NCBI GenBank assembly: GCA_030167865.1
Contig: JALAGF010005289.1
Location: 1 to 47,991 of the forward strand
Length of the DNA: 47,991 bases
Source: Craspedostauros australis
Taxonomy: Eukaryota
Direction of reading: 5' to 3'
Program-made: the position numbers and the translations under genes
Notes under the pieces: generated by a model
Databases searched by the model: none
The model's input: the letters and a program-made list of their open reading frames with translations, nothing else
Told to the model about the DNA's origin: nothing
Shown: piece after piece, positions 1-9,557 of the stretch
Position numbering within the stretch: the stretch's first letter is position 1
Layout of the letters: each line of letters starts with the position of its first letter

Positions 1-1
1 C

Positions 2-82
2 GGCACGATGCATCAAAGCCACACCGATTGCGAAAAGCACGAAGACGATGATGTTTCCGTGTTGACGGATGCGTCAGGTTGA
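2..82 (+). CDS. Possible 3' end of a gene entering from the left edge (…HQSHTDCEKHEDDDVSVLTDASG*)
   Basis: Frame is open from base 2 to TGA at 80-82 and ends in an acidic 'DDDVSVLTD' tail that looks protein-like. Too short to verify. Confidence 0.3.
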   Translation, partial: GTMHQSHTDCEKHEDDDVSVLTDASG

Positions 83-820
83 TCTCACAACGTGGGTGCA
101 AAATTGGCATGGTGTCCATACTGCCTGCACATCACGCAGCATAACAATAATAGTCAGAAAGCATGGCATTCCTCCGTTCCTTCGTTATTACAATGCGCAG
201 CAACTTGAAGAGCACGAATAACATTGTGCTCAAACAATAGGCGTCTTGGCGGTGCTCGCCGCATGTGTTGATGACGGTACAGGTGCAGCTCATACAACCT
301 GCGTCGAACGAATAACGAGGTCACGATAACACTCGAGTAACCCTACCACCCAGATAAGCTATGTGACTATGGGTTGCCAAACGGTTATTCCAAAACCGGC
401 AGTCACAAAGTTTTTCTCACCGAATCTTGTGAGCAACCAGTTCGCGAATTCAACCAAGGTTGTGGATCTTCCTCGGATGCGCGACGGCCGTTAATCACCG
501 TTGTTTTTTGATTTGCGCGCGAAAGCACACAAGTTCGTAACAGGGCTGGTGTTGCAATGATTCCCACCACGAAGCTTATCGACATGTACGACGTAAGGTC
601 GCCACTCCATGAATCTTTGCATGTATTGATTCTCCGCACACAAAATATTTGACAAGTTTGATATATATTTGCAGTATTACGTATATTCGATGGAATACAT
701 ATCACGTGTTGAGAGGACGCAAGGTGTTGGATAGTGCAGGTTGCTTTTTTGGCGTCGTGGTGCGTCCTGACTCAATCCATGAGACAGATAGTTTGTTGAC
801 AGTCGCTCTGGGTCATTCAA

Positions 821-1462
821 TTACCTGAGACAACAAAGGGAGCACAGGAAAGCCAGTCCCACGACCATGAGGTAAATGTTGCCGCAAGCGACGGCGATGT
901 CCATGAAGCGAAGGTCGTCATCGCAACCTTCACCGTCGTATTCCACGCGTCGCTTGAAACCGACGCCCAACCACATGATCCAGCAGACGAAGGCGATGAT
1001 GTACACGGCGACCAGCTTGTCGTAGCACAGGACGTGCTTGATGCGCTGGATCGAGTTGTTCGCACCGCGCGTCTGGTCGACGGTCTTCACGGCTCTCGTG
1101 GCTTCGGCGTTGTCGGCAGTGCCCACGCCCGTCTCGACGGGCAGCAGCGGCACGCCGCCCTCCTCCCGTATCTGGTTCACAATGTGTATAGATGCGAATA
1201 TGTGCACCGCACACATTATCGCATTGATGACCAGCCACTTCGACAGGGTGGAGCACCCGCCAATGTCGACCATTCCCTTGAGGCCGAACACGATGCCTGG
1301 CACGTTCAGTGCCAAGGTGCACGCCATGTATGGGAAGAAGGGTGACATGATCACCTGGCACAGGGATTCACATCCGGTGCCGCATGCCTTGCATGGCAGG
1401 CACAGGACCTTGTTGATCTGGTTGCAGAGGCCTCCGAGGCCTTGGCACAAAACGGCAGCCAT
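821..1462 (-). CDS. Uncharacterised multi-pass (about 4 TM) membrane protein with Cys-rich N- and C-termini
   Basis: 213-aa ATG-TAA ORF with GC3-biased codons. Hydrophobic segments: PYMACTLALNVPGIVFGL, WLVINAIMCAVHIFASIHIV, LVAVYIIAFVCWIMWLGVG, IAVACGNIYLMVVGLAFLCSLCC. N-terminus is LCQGLGGLCNQINKVLCLPCKACGTGCESLC. Confidence 0.8.
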   Translation of the reverse strand: MAAVLCQGLGGLCNQINKVLCLPCKACGTGCESLCQVIMSPFFPYMACTLALNVPGIVFGLKGMVDIGGCSTLSKWLVINAIMCAVHIFASIHIVNQIREEGGVPLLPVETGVGTADNAEATRAVKTVDQTRGANNSIQRIKHVLCYDKLVAVYIIAFVCWIMWLGVGFKRRVEYDGEGCDDDLRFMDIAVACGNIYLMVVGLAFLCSLCCLR

Positions 1463-1998
1463 TGTTGATCGATTTTGATTTGATTGATGTCAGTGTTTCG
1501 GTGGGAGTCCGTGGCGTATTCGGATGTCAAAGACGTGTTGATTGTGAGTGGATGCAATCAAGATGAACACTTGTCGTTTCACCAACGAGAGGTGGAGGCA
1601 GATGGCTTCGTTGTCGTGTCGATTGGCGACATTGGGGCTTCGTCGTTTGCGTTGCTTCTCTTTCTGTGTGTGCGTTGGAGTCAAAGACATGAGAAATGTG
1701 AGTGCAAATGAAACATGTGGCATGTGTCCCAACGACACCTCACACGACATCAAGACCTCGCTGAATTTCATTCAAGTTGTGTGTCTCGTTGACTAATACG
1801 ACTAACAGTGTGAGGCTAATGAATAAAGCTAGATACTTTGTTTGATGAAGCTCAAAGGCGTCGCAGAACTATGACTCCTAAACAATGTTAACTTCCTCGC
1901 AGTCATGGTTAGTAGGAGAAAGGATTCTACACTATAGTATCATATGCTAATCCACATCGGTAACTCTAATCTCCGAGGTACGAGTGCTCTGGTGATGT

Positions 1999-3543
1999 TC
2001 AGACAACGGGCTCGGTCTGCGCGACGTACTCGGGGTTCGGCGTGATGATCTCCATGTTCAAGACATCTGCGCAAACGCCGTCGCCTTGACCGGCACGAAG
2101 CGACTTGCTTGGTGCTTGGGTGCCTGCAGTGCTGTCATGGTTGTTCTCGTTCACCATGGCATCGTTGCGGTGATGAGATTCGTGAGAGCTCCGTGCTTTT
2201 GTGTTTGGCGATGCTGATGGTGGTGGAAGTTCCTCATCCATCGTGTCATTCTCGTCGTCGGTATTGTCCATGCGCTCACCGATCTTTGGAGTTTCGGTTG
2301 CGGATGGCCTGGAGCAGCAGCACGTACAGACCAACAGAGAAATGATGGTTGCCAGGGTAATACCTACAATGGCGAGCACCCAGATCTGCCGCAGATCATT
2401 TGAATCGGTTGCGTTCTCGGAGGATTTGGTGACGGACCCATCAGAAGTATCATCTGGGCTGCCGGCGTTGCTGGCGGTGTCTGGGCTGCTTGTTATGCTG
2501 TCCTCACTTTCGCTGGCATCGCTCTGTCCGTTCGACTGGGCCTTGTCGTCTCTGCCAGAGCCTTCTGTGTCTGTGGTTTCCGTTGGACTGCTGTCGGTGG
2601 TCTTTGGTTTGCAAATACCGGGTAGGTTGGTAGATGAAGCGCCTGTACCGTCGTCGCTCTTATCGCATTTCAACGATGGGTGGCAGTTCTCCTGTTCCCA
2701 TGCGGCCACACCATCGCCACAGCTCTCATTGTCTGTACGATAAGCCACGCAGACCTTGATCGGTGGCTCAATCGTCGTTGGTTTGTTGGGCCCAAACCAG
2801 GTCCTTTCTTTGACCGGTCTGCACCAATGAGTGCCTCCACAATCATTGTCAGCTTGACATTGGGTGGCGCAATGACCACCGATGTCGGGAAGGTTGGGAT
2901 TCAGGAGATTGCACGTGAGCGATGGATCGCAGCGAGATTGATCGAATTCGGGAGTGAACTGGTCGCAAACCTCACCCTCCTGAGCGAAGAGAGCGCATTG
3001 CCTCTCGCCACTCTCCTTGCCACCAAACGTCAACCTGCACCAGCTGTTGGCGGGACAGAAGCTACCATCGAAATGGTTGACTGGTAGGCCAATCTCCTCG
3101 AGCATAGTGTCGCCTGGTGTGCAGGTGAGGCTTGGGCAGGAGACGGCACCCACGCGTCCAGCACAGTCGAAATTGACTTGTGCAGCTCCAATGCTCGGTA
3201 TCAGAACGTCCTGGGGAGGGTTTGCGCCAATGTTCGCAGTGCCTGAAGGATCGTATGTGACGACGACGCTCTTTGGTATCCACTTTGTATTGGCTGGATC
3301 ATAGCATTCATTGTAGGAATTCCACACGGCAGACGACCCTTCCAGTTGCGGATCTATGACGGCAAAAGAAAACGAGATGGCGCCGTTCGTCTGTGGTGGT
3401 GTGGCTTGGATGTGGTTCGTGCAGAATGCCGTCGCAGTCCTGGCAAGCTGGAGGTACTCGTCATCGGTGATCTCATGATACCTGAAAGCGTGAACTGGAG
3501 GAGTTGAGGTGAAGAGGGAGAGCAAGACGATGGATATGCGCAT
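1999..3543 (-). CDS. Type I membrane protein: signal peptide, two Cys-rich modules, S/T/D-rich stalk, single TM, cytoplasmic tail
   Basis: 514-aa ORF. Signal peptide MRISIVLLSLFTSTPPVHA; duplicated Cys module at aa 163-225 and 235-311; low-complexity stalk at aa ~315-385; TM IWVLAIVGITLATIISLLV followed by CTCCC; tail ends NPEYVAQTEPVV. Confidence 0.85.
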   Translation of the reverse strand: MRISIVLLSLFTSTPPVHAFRYHEITDDEYLQLARTATAFCTNHIQATPPQTNGAISFSFAVIDPQLEGSSAVWNSYNECYDPANTKWIPKSVVVTYDPSGTANIGANPPQDVLIPSIGAAQVNFDCAGRVGAVSCPSLTCTPGDTMLEEIGLPVNHFDGSFCPANSWCRLTFGGKESGERQCALFAQEGEVCDQFTPEFDQSRCDPSLTCNLLNPNLPDIGGHCATQCQADNDCGGTHWCRPVKERTWFGPNKPTTIEPPIKVCVAYRTDNESCGDGVAAWEQENCHPSLKCDKSDDGTGASSTNLPGICKPKTTDSSPTETTDTEGSGRDDKAQSNGQSDASESEDSITSSPDTASNAGSPDDTSDGSVTKSSENATDSNDLRQIWVLAIVGITLATIISLLVCTCCCSRPSATETPKIGERMDNTDDENDTMDEELPPPSASPNTKARSSHESHHRNDAMVNENNHDSTAGTQAPSKSLRAGQGDGVCADVLNMEIITPNPEYVAQTEPVV

Positions 3544-4383
3544 GGTGAATGAATGGACAGATGGATGGAAGCTGCCACAGCGTCACAGAGGGGGGAGGTG
3601 TAAGTGTAAGACAATTTGTTATTGGTTGTTGGCTGCTGTTGATGCGATTGCTTGCTGTTTGTTTTCACAGAATTGTGTGAGGATGCGACAGACCACACAA
3701 CAAATAGTTCGAGGCTGCCACAAACGCGACAATCGGCGACGACAGACACAAGAAAGACGTTGTTGTTTGTGAATTGCACACAGCAAACGCGCCATTTCGC
3801 ACACACTCGCAAGTAGTAGTAGAGAGGAACTCCCAACCCCGGTTATCCGTGACGGGTGTGAGAATCGGTGTTTCTCCACCAAGGCAGAGTGCACTCTTGC
3901 ACGCCTGACCTACTGGTGCAGCTCAATGTATCGCGCTCACTTCTTCGTACGTATCTACTCGTCCACACATGCTCTGCACCAGTATTGAATCACGTATGAC
4001 TACCGCGCTAACCAGTGTACTTCCAAGAACAAACCTGAAGTATCGTGGCAATGGGCACGTGTTTCTGTGCCCACCTGCAAAGATCGAGGATAGCCGTTGC
4101 ATTTCTCCGATGGTGATGATACTGGTGATGGGATAGTCACCTGTGGGAGCACGATGCTAGAGGACGAGTGGCGACCAGAGTTTTTATCGGAGCGCAAAAC
4201 TGGCGTGCCCATCAAGGTCTGGCAACTCCACCAACACCGACATCACCTCGCCATGCATTGTTGCGAGAGATTTGCGCACATAGTAGCACTCGCAGTGTTG
4301 GAATTCGGTACTGCGCGAACAGGCGGCGTCATCCGCGTTGATTGCACAACGCACGCGCATGGCATTGCCAAGATCTAGACAAT

Positions 4384-5187
4384 TCACGGGAAGAGAGTCG
4401 AACCATACACCCGAGCGAGCGGATCCAGCAAGACCAGTTTTGCTTCGTCTTCCCCGACCTGTCGGACGAAATGTTTGATCCACGGACGAATGTCATCATC
4501 CGTTTCGACATCGTCCTCTGTTCCTGCGGCCTTTAAATTCTTCTGCGCGAAGTTATCGGCAGTCTTGTGCGTCTGCCGCACGTCACCGGAGCGTTCCAAG
4601 TAGGCTTCTCGTGTGCCGATGTAATGCTGCAGGCGGAAGGGACTTGCGATGTAGTCCATTCCGCTGCCTGTATGACCGTTGGTGCCGCAGAGCTGCGTGT
4701 TGGGATTGTGGATGGATTTGACCTTGCCCATGGAGATGCTATCGGGAGTGTCAAAGTACCGCAAGTTGATCATTGCTTTGCTGAACAATCCCGTCCGCTG
4801 TTTCGCATGCTTGCGATGCCGCAGCGTCATAAGGTGCATCGGATTCACACGTCCCATTGCGGTACCTTCATCATCGAAGCCACGGTTCACCAGTTCCGCG
4901 GATGACTCATAGCTGGAGAAGATCAGGCCGGGAACATGAAGGCAGCGCGTGCTACCAAACCACCGTCGCAGAAACGAGAGTATGTTCGGGTTCGACTGCA
5001 TGGACGGCAGCTGCTGCCGTATGGGCAATGCCTTCTCGCGCTCCATATCAATATGGTCCTTCCAATGGCCACGGCCGAGCGTGTCGTAATGGCTGGCGTT
5101 CTCAGACTGTGGATGCAGGTAGTTGAAGATCAGGAACTCGTCCGTATCTGTGAACAGCACCCATTGGTCCTCATCCTTTGGCTGTTC

Positions 5188-5240
<53 letters not shown>

Positions 5241-5952
5241 GAGAACGCTTGAGATGCCGCATGCATGTGTAGACGAAGGTCCGCTGTCGTCTGCGATGCT
5301 CCTTGACGCGCCGTCCCTTCACGGGATTCGGATCATTCTGCGGCCAGTATTCATCAGGTCCAATCTCCATCCATTCTTCATCTGCTTTCCACACCGTCAC
5401 ATCGACCAGTGACCTCCATCGTTGCAGTACCTCCACGATGCGCTCGGGATGATGAGAATGAGGATCGATGGCGACGACGAGGTTGCCCAACGGCAGAGCA
5501 GTGTAGTGATAGGCCATCCATTCCGTCAGTTTGACCGTGTCGTCCATCACCAGCAGGCATGCTGACATGCTGCCGCCGCCATTTGCGATGGAAGAACGAG
5601 CTTTCGCGTCATCATCATGAGTTGGGCTCTCCGATTGGTGCTCTGCCATTCTTTGGATTGTTTCTGCCTGTGAGGGTCGGGGAACTCCATGCATCGTTCC
5701 GCCGGCAGAATTCTCCCAAACCTTGCCCTGCAGTGTCCCCGGAACGATGAGAGAGTACTGCAGCATCTCCATCCAGCCAAAGCAGACGATGGCAGAGGAC
5801 ACCAGCAAGCACTTGGTCAGAGAAGCTGTTCGCTTCTGTCCGCAGCACAGCGCCGCACAGCCACAAGGCCCTTCATGTTGCTGCGTTGCATTGATCTTAG
5901 TCTTCCTTTGATTGAGCCATCGTCGTTGCTGCCGTATCCTTGTCGGTATCAT
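4384..5952 (-). CDS. Type II membrane GT-A-fold glycosyltransferase (GT2/GT92-like)
   Basis: ORF is open 4384-6039; I chose the ATG at 5952 (MIPTRIR), with 6039 as the alternative. N-terminal TM CLLVSSAIVCFGWMEML; 'SACLLVMDD..LTEWMAYH' motif; DxD in WVLFTDTDEF; C-terminal 'SKAMI…SIHNP…LQHYIG'. Confidence 0.75.
5191..5238 (-). repeat. Perfect (CAG)16 microsatellite encoding Q16 inside the glycosyltransferase
   Basis: 16 uninterrupted CTG units on the + strand, matching the Q16 run in the translation. Confidence 0.95.
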
Positions 5953-6386
5953 CGTGCACGATACTATAGAAGGGAAGGGTATGCACGAACGTGTGTGCGT
6001 ATCGTGGACGACTACGCACTCGTGTCTCGTGGCCGACATGACCGTCGTGGTGGAAAGTCGGAGGGAGGCAAGAACAACACCGACAGCAGCGCGTGTGTTT
6101 GTCCTGGCACGTTGTTCAGTGTTTCGTTCGCCAAAACGTCCACGTAATTTGGCGCCAACCGACCACTTGGACTATTCAGACTGTCGACCAGCATGACTCA
6201 ATTTGTTCGATGAAGCACTTTTGTGTTCCTCGTGGTGATGTTGATGCTCTTTCCACGTTGGCGCAATTCGAGGCATGTTTGTTGTCAATGTTACGGCAAA
6301 TCCCCATCGGATCATAATCTCAATGGCAACAACAACAGCAACAACAACAACCAATCTCATCTCCACTCATCACGAACATAGCCAAG

Positions 6387-7511
6387 ATGGGAAAACGAGG
6401 CATCGTACAAGCCGCACTGTGCATGCTGATGTGCATGCAATCCGCCCATGCGCGGAAGAATGTGCCGCTGGCATCACCTTCGGTGTCGGCACTGACATCA
6501 GCAACGCAACCTGCGTTTCCATCGCAGCGTGCGACACTGGCATCATCATCATCATCATCATCGTCTCGCTATTATTCCAACAGCCGCAGGACGTGGGGAA
6601 TCAAACGCGGAAACGAAGACGATGACAAGAATGTGGACTTGTCAGCGACATCCCTCGTGAGCCGCGGACGGTACATGCGACTGTACCCCATGCACCAATT
6701 GCTGGGCATCCGCCGACCAAACGATGGCACGAGCTGGACCACGGTGCTCGTGCTCGCCAACATCGTCGCGTTCTTCTTCCAAAGCGCAAGACCGGGCTTC
6801 ACGCAGTGGGGCATGAAGTACTCCGACCGCATTTTGCGTGGCGAAGAACTGTACCGTTTGTTCACGCCGATGTTCCTGCACGGCAACTTGCCGCATCTCA
6901 TGATGAACATGTACTCGTTGACGTCGATGGGACCCAACGTCGAGCGGTTGTTCGGAGCGGGGCGTTTCCTCAGCATGTACATCACGGCGGGCGTGGCGGG
7001 AAATATCTTCAGCACGCTGTACGTGCCGAATCCGTCGCTGGGCGCCAGCGGTGCCGTGTTTGGTGTCCTGGGTGCCTACTTCACCTTCTTGGCGCGCAAC
7101 GAGCATCTGTTCGGACGGTACAGCGAGGTGATGACAACGAGGTTGCTGCAGACCGTCGGCATCAACGTCTTTTACGGTTTCATCAACCCGGGTATTGACA
7201 ATTGGGCGCACTTTGGTGGATTCGTGGGTGGCGCGGCCATGGCGTACTTTTTCGGACCACGATTGCAGGCCTTCCGACTACCGAACGGCACCACGGGTCT
7301 GGTGGACGATCCCATCATGCGTTTGCCGCGTCCCATCGAGTCGCTTCCGGAGAAAGTCGGTTCGACGTTCACAACGATGAAGGAGAAGATCACGGGACCA
7401 GCTCCGCTACCGTCGGAAATTGACCAGCAAACGAGATGGAAGGACAAGCCGACCAACCGATTCCAAAGACGCCAGGCGCCGTCGCGGTCGATACGTCCCA
7501 GCCGAAGATGA
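6387..7511 (+). CDS. Rhomboid family intramembrane serine protease with N-terminal targeting extension
   Basis: 374 aa. 'ELYRLFTPMFLHGNLPHLMMN' (WR-like loop plus HxxxN), catalytic GASG, and 'NWAHFGGFVGG' (catalytic His, GxxxG). N-terminus is a hydrophobic signal followed by a Ser/Arg-rich segment. Confidence 0.95.
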   Translation: MGKRGIVQAALCMLMCMQSAHARKNVPLASPSVSALTSATQPAFPSQRATLASSSSSSSSRYYSNSRRTWGIKRGNEDDDKNVDLSATSLVSRGRYMRLYPMHQLLGIRRPNDGTSWTTVLVLANIVAFFFQSARPGFTQWGMKYSDRILRGEELYRLFTPMFLHGNLPHLMMNMYSLTSMGPNVERLFGAGRFLSMYITAGVAGNIFSTLYVPNPSLGASGAVFGVLGAYFTFLARNEHLFGRYSEVMTTRLLQTVGINVFYGFINPGIDNWAHFGGFVGGAAMAYFFGPRLQAFRLPNGTTGLVDDPIMRLPRPIESLPEKVGSTFTTMKEKITGPAPLPSEIDQQTRWKDKPTNRFQRRQAPSRSIRPSRR

Positions 7512-8061
7512 TGGAGTTGGCTGCTACAGTGTTGGAGCAACTTGTGTTTGACAGTCCCGACATGGAAGAAGATGAGAGTGATCATGGAAGATGATCAAGG
7601 AAGATACATAGCTTCCAATGAAGCTCAACATGCTAGTGCAGTAGTATTGTATTAACGCATTATAGCATTGTTATCTGTTTGGTCCTCTTTGTCGAGTGTC
7701 ATGAGATGCTGGTGACTTCAGTTGGAATACTCCCTCCAGACAGAGTTCGGGCATGTGCTCGCTCGGTGCTGCCTTGTTGTGACTATTCACGTTGGAGAAG
7801 TTGCATGCGCGAAAGAGAACAATTGCTTGCGTCTTTCACCCGATCCAGGATGCCGAAGATGTCCACAATCGTGCAACCACAAGACAACTTCTCCATAAAT
7901 TCAACAACTCAACAATTGGGCTGAGCAGAGCCGGACAGCCTCCAAAGCCTGCCGATCCGTACTCAACACATAATATTATATTCTAATATATTGGTCCTGA
8001 AGTCATATGCCTATCCAACTGACAAGCATACGTACGACTAGAGCAGCGACAACATGAGAAC

Positions 8062-9270
8062 ATGAGCAACGAAGCATCCCGCAGACAGATTGGAGCACTG
8101 GCGAGCTTGAAGACACGAGTCCGACGATTGGCGGCAGGCCTGTTCCTCGTCTTCGCCATCTGCCTCTGCAACGTCTGCTTCCTGCATTACCGTCTGGCGC
8201 AGCATGGCGATGCATCCCATGCCGTCATTGCCATGGGCGGTGATGATCGCAACATGATGAGCGGCAACCACCTGCCACAACCCCAAGCAAGCACCAACAA
8301 AGCACGGCTCTTCAGCATCATCGACTACGACACCGGCAAGGTCATCGGCGATCCATCCTTCCTTCTGCAGTACGCCATCATCGGCTTCCCCAAATGCGGC
8401 ACCACCGCCCTGGCCGATTGGTTGGCGCTGCATCCGCAGATCCGGACCTTTCCCAAGGAGGTCTTCGCCCTCATCAATCAGACGCCGCAGTTCCTCATTT
8501 ACCGCATCTGGACGACATTGTACCAACCGCAGCAGCAGAACAGCAGCAGCACCACAATTACCATGGGATACAAGAACCCGCTCGACATCCGCGCGCCGCA
8601 CTCCTTGCGCTACCTCAGCGAGCTCTTTCCACAGGCCACGTTGATCGTGGGCATCCGGCATCCCGTGCCGTGGTTCGAATCGTTGCACAACTTCAAGGTC
8701 CAGAACCTGCCTCCGAATGTGCATCCCGGCTACTACGGCGACGCCAACTTGCTGACGCACGATTGTTATCACTGGAACGAGACGGATTGTTTGGGCGCCG
8801 CGAAGGGCCTCTTTCACATTCATTTGGCGTCGCTGTGGAAGACGTCCGTCGTGCCGGCGCAATGGATCGCGCAACACCCGATGTATCTGTCGGGTTCCTC
8901 GCGCGTACGGAATCCCGTCTTCTTGTATGAGATGCGGCAGCTCGGCGATCCGCAATTGCGACGTGATCTTGCGACGGCGTTGCAATTGCGCGACGATGCC
9001 GCGTTGGCGCAGGCCGTGCCGCGATCCAATCCCGATTACGTCGTGCTGAAGACGGCCAAGCAGCAGAGACGGCGCGATAAATTCAAGATCCGCATCTGCG
9101 ATGACGCGTATCGGCCCTTGCGTGCAGCGTTGATGGAGACGGCGCGGTTGTCGTCCGAGTGGATTCGGTCCGAGTTCATGGTGCAGCCGGACGTGACGGT
9201 GTCGTCGCCGCAGCGGTTTGAGGAGTTGCTAATGGATTGGATGGTGGATCCGTGCGAAGCTGCAGGGTGA
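8062..9270 (+). CDS. Golgi-type (type II membrane) PAPS-dependent sulfotransferase, heparan-sulfate-sulfotransferase-like
   Basis: 402 aa. TM LAAGLFLVFAICLCNVCFL; 5'-PSB loop IIGFPKCGTTAL followed by 'HPQI…KE'; 'GYKNP'; 3'-PB motif IVGIRHPVPWFESLHNF. Confidence 0.85.
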   Translation: MSNEASRRQIGALASLKTRVRRLAAGLFLVFAICLCNVCFLHYRLAQHGDASHAVIAMGGDDRNMMSGNHLPQPQASTNKARLFSIIDYDTGKVIGDPSFLLQYAIIGFPKCGTTALADWLALHPQIRTFPKEVFALINQTPQFLIYRIWTTLYQPQQQNSSSTTITMGYKNPLDIRAPHSLRYLSELFPQATLIVGIRHPVPWFESLHNFKVQNLPPNVHPGYYGDANLLTHDCYHWNETDCLGAAKGLFHIHLASLWKTSVVPAQWIAQHPMYLSGSSRVRNPVFLYEMRQLGDPQLRRDLATALQLRDDAALAQAVPRSNPDYVVLKTAKQQRRRDKFKIRICDDAYRPLRAALMETARLSSEWIRSEFMVQPDVTVSSPQRFEELLMDWMVDPCEAAG

Positions 9271-9557
9271 TTGTTGGAAAACTTAAGGTGGTTGAGGTTG
9301 CAAACTAAAGTCCGAATACATGGTGTAGTTGTACTGCGATGTCCAGAGTGGTGGAGCGACAAAGAAGGAACGACTTCACGAACCAGCGATTGATTGATGA
9401 GACAAAGCGAAGGAAGGGTTGATTGCATACCTTTAGACCAGAACCAACTCTTTATTCGAGACGATATTATTAATGTGTAACTGTACTTGGATGTTCCGTG
9501 TTTCCTTCCACGAGGTGATTAATCCCATCGCGGTTCTGGTACTCGCATGCATGCACT

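Noticed and set aside
3484..3543. 'VHA-FRY' as a plastid ASAFAP motif in the type I membrane protein
   Set aside because: The following residues are acidic (HEITDDEY), not transit-peptide-like, and the disulfide-rich ectodomain fits the secretory pathway.
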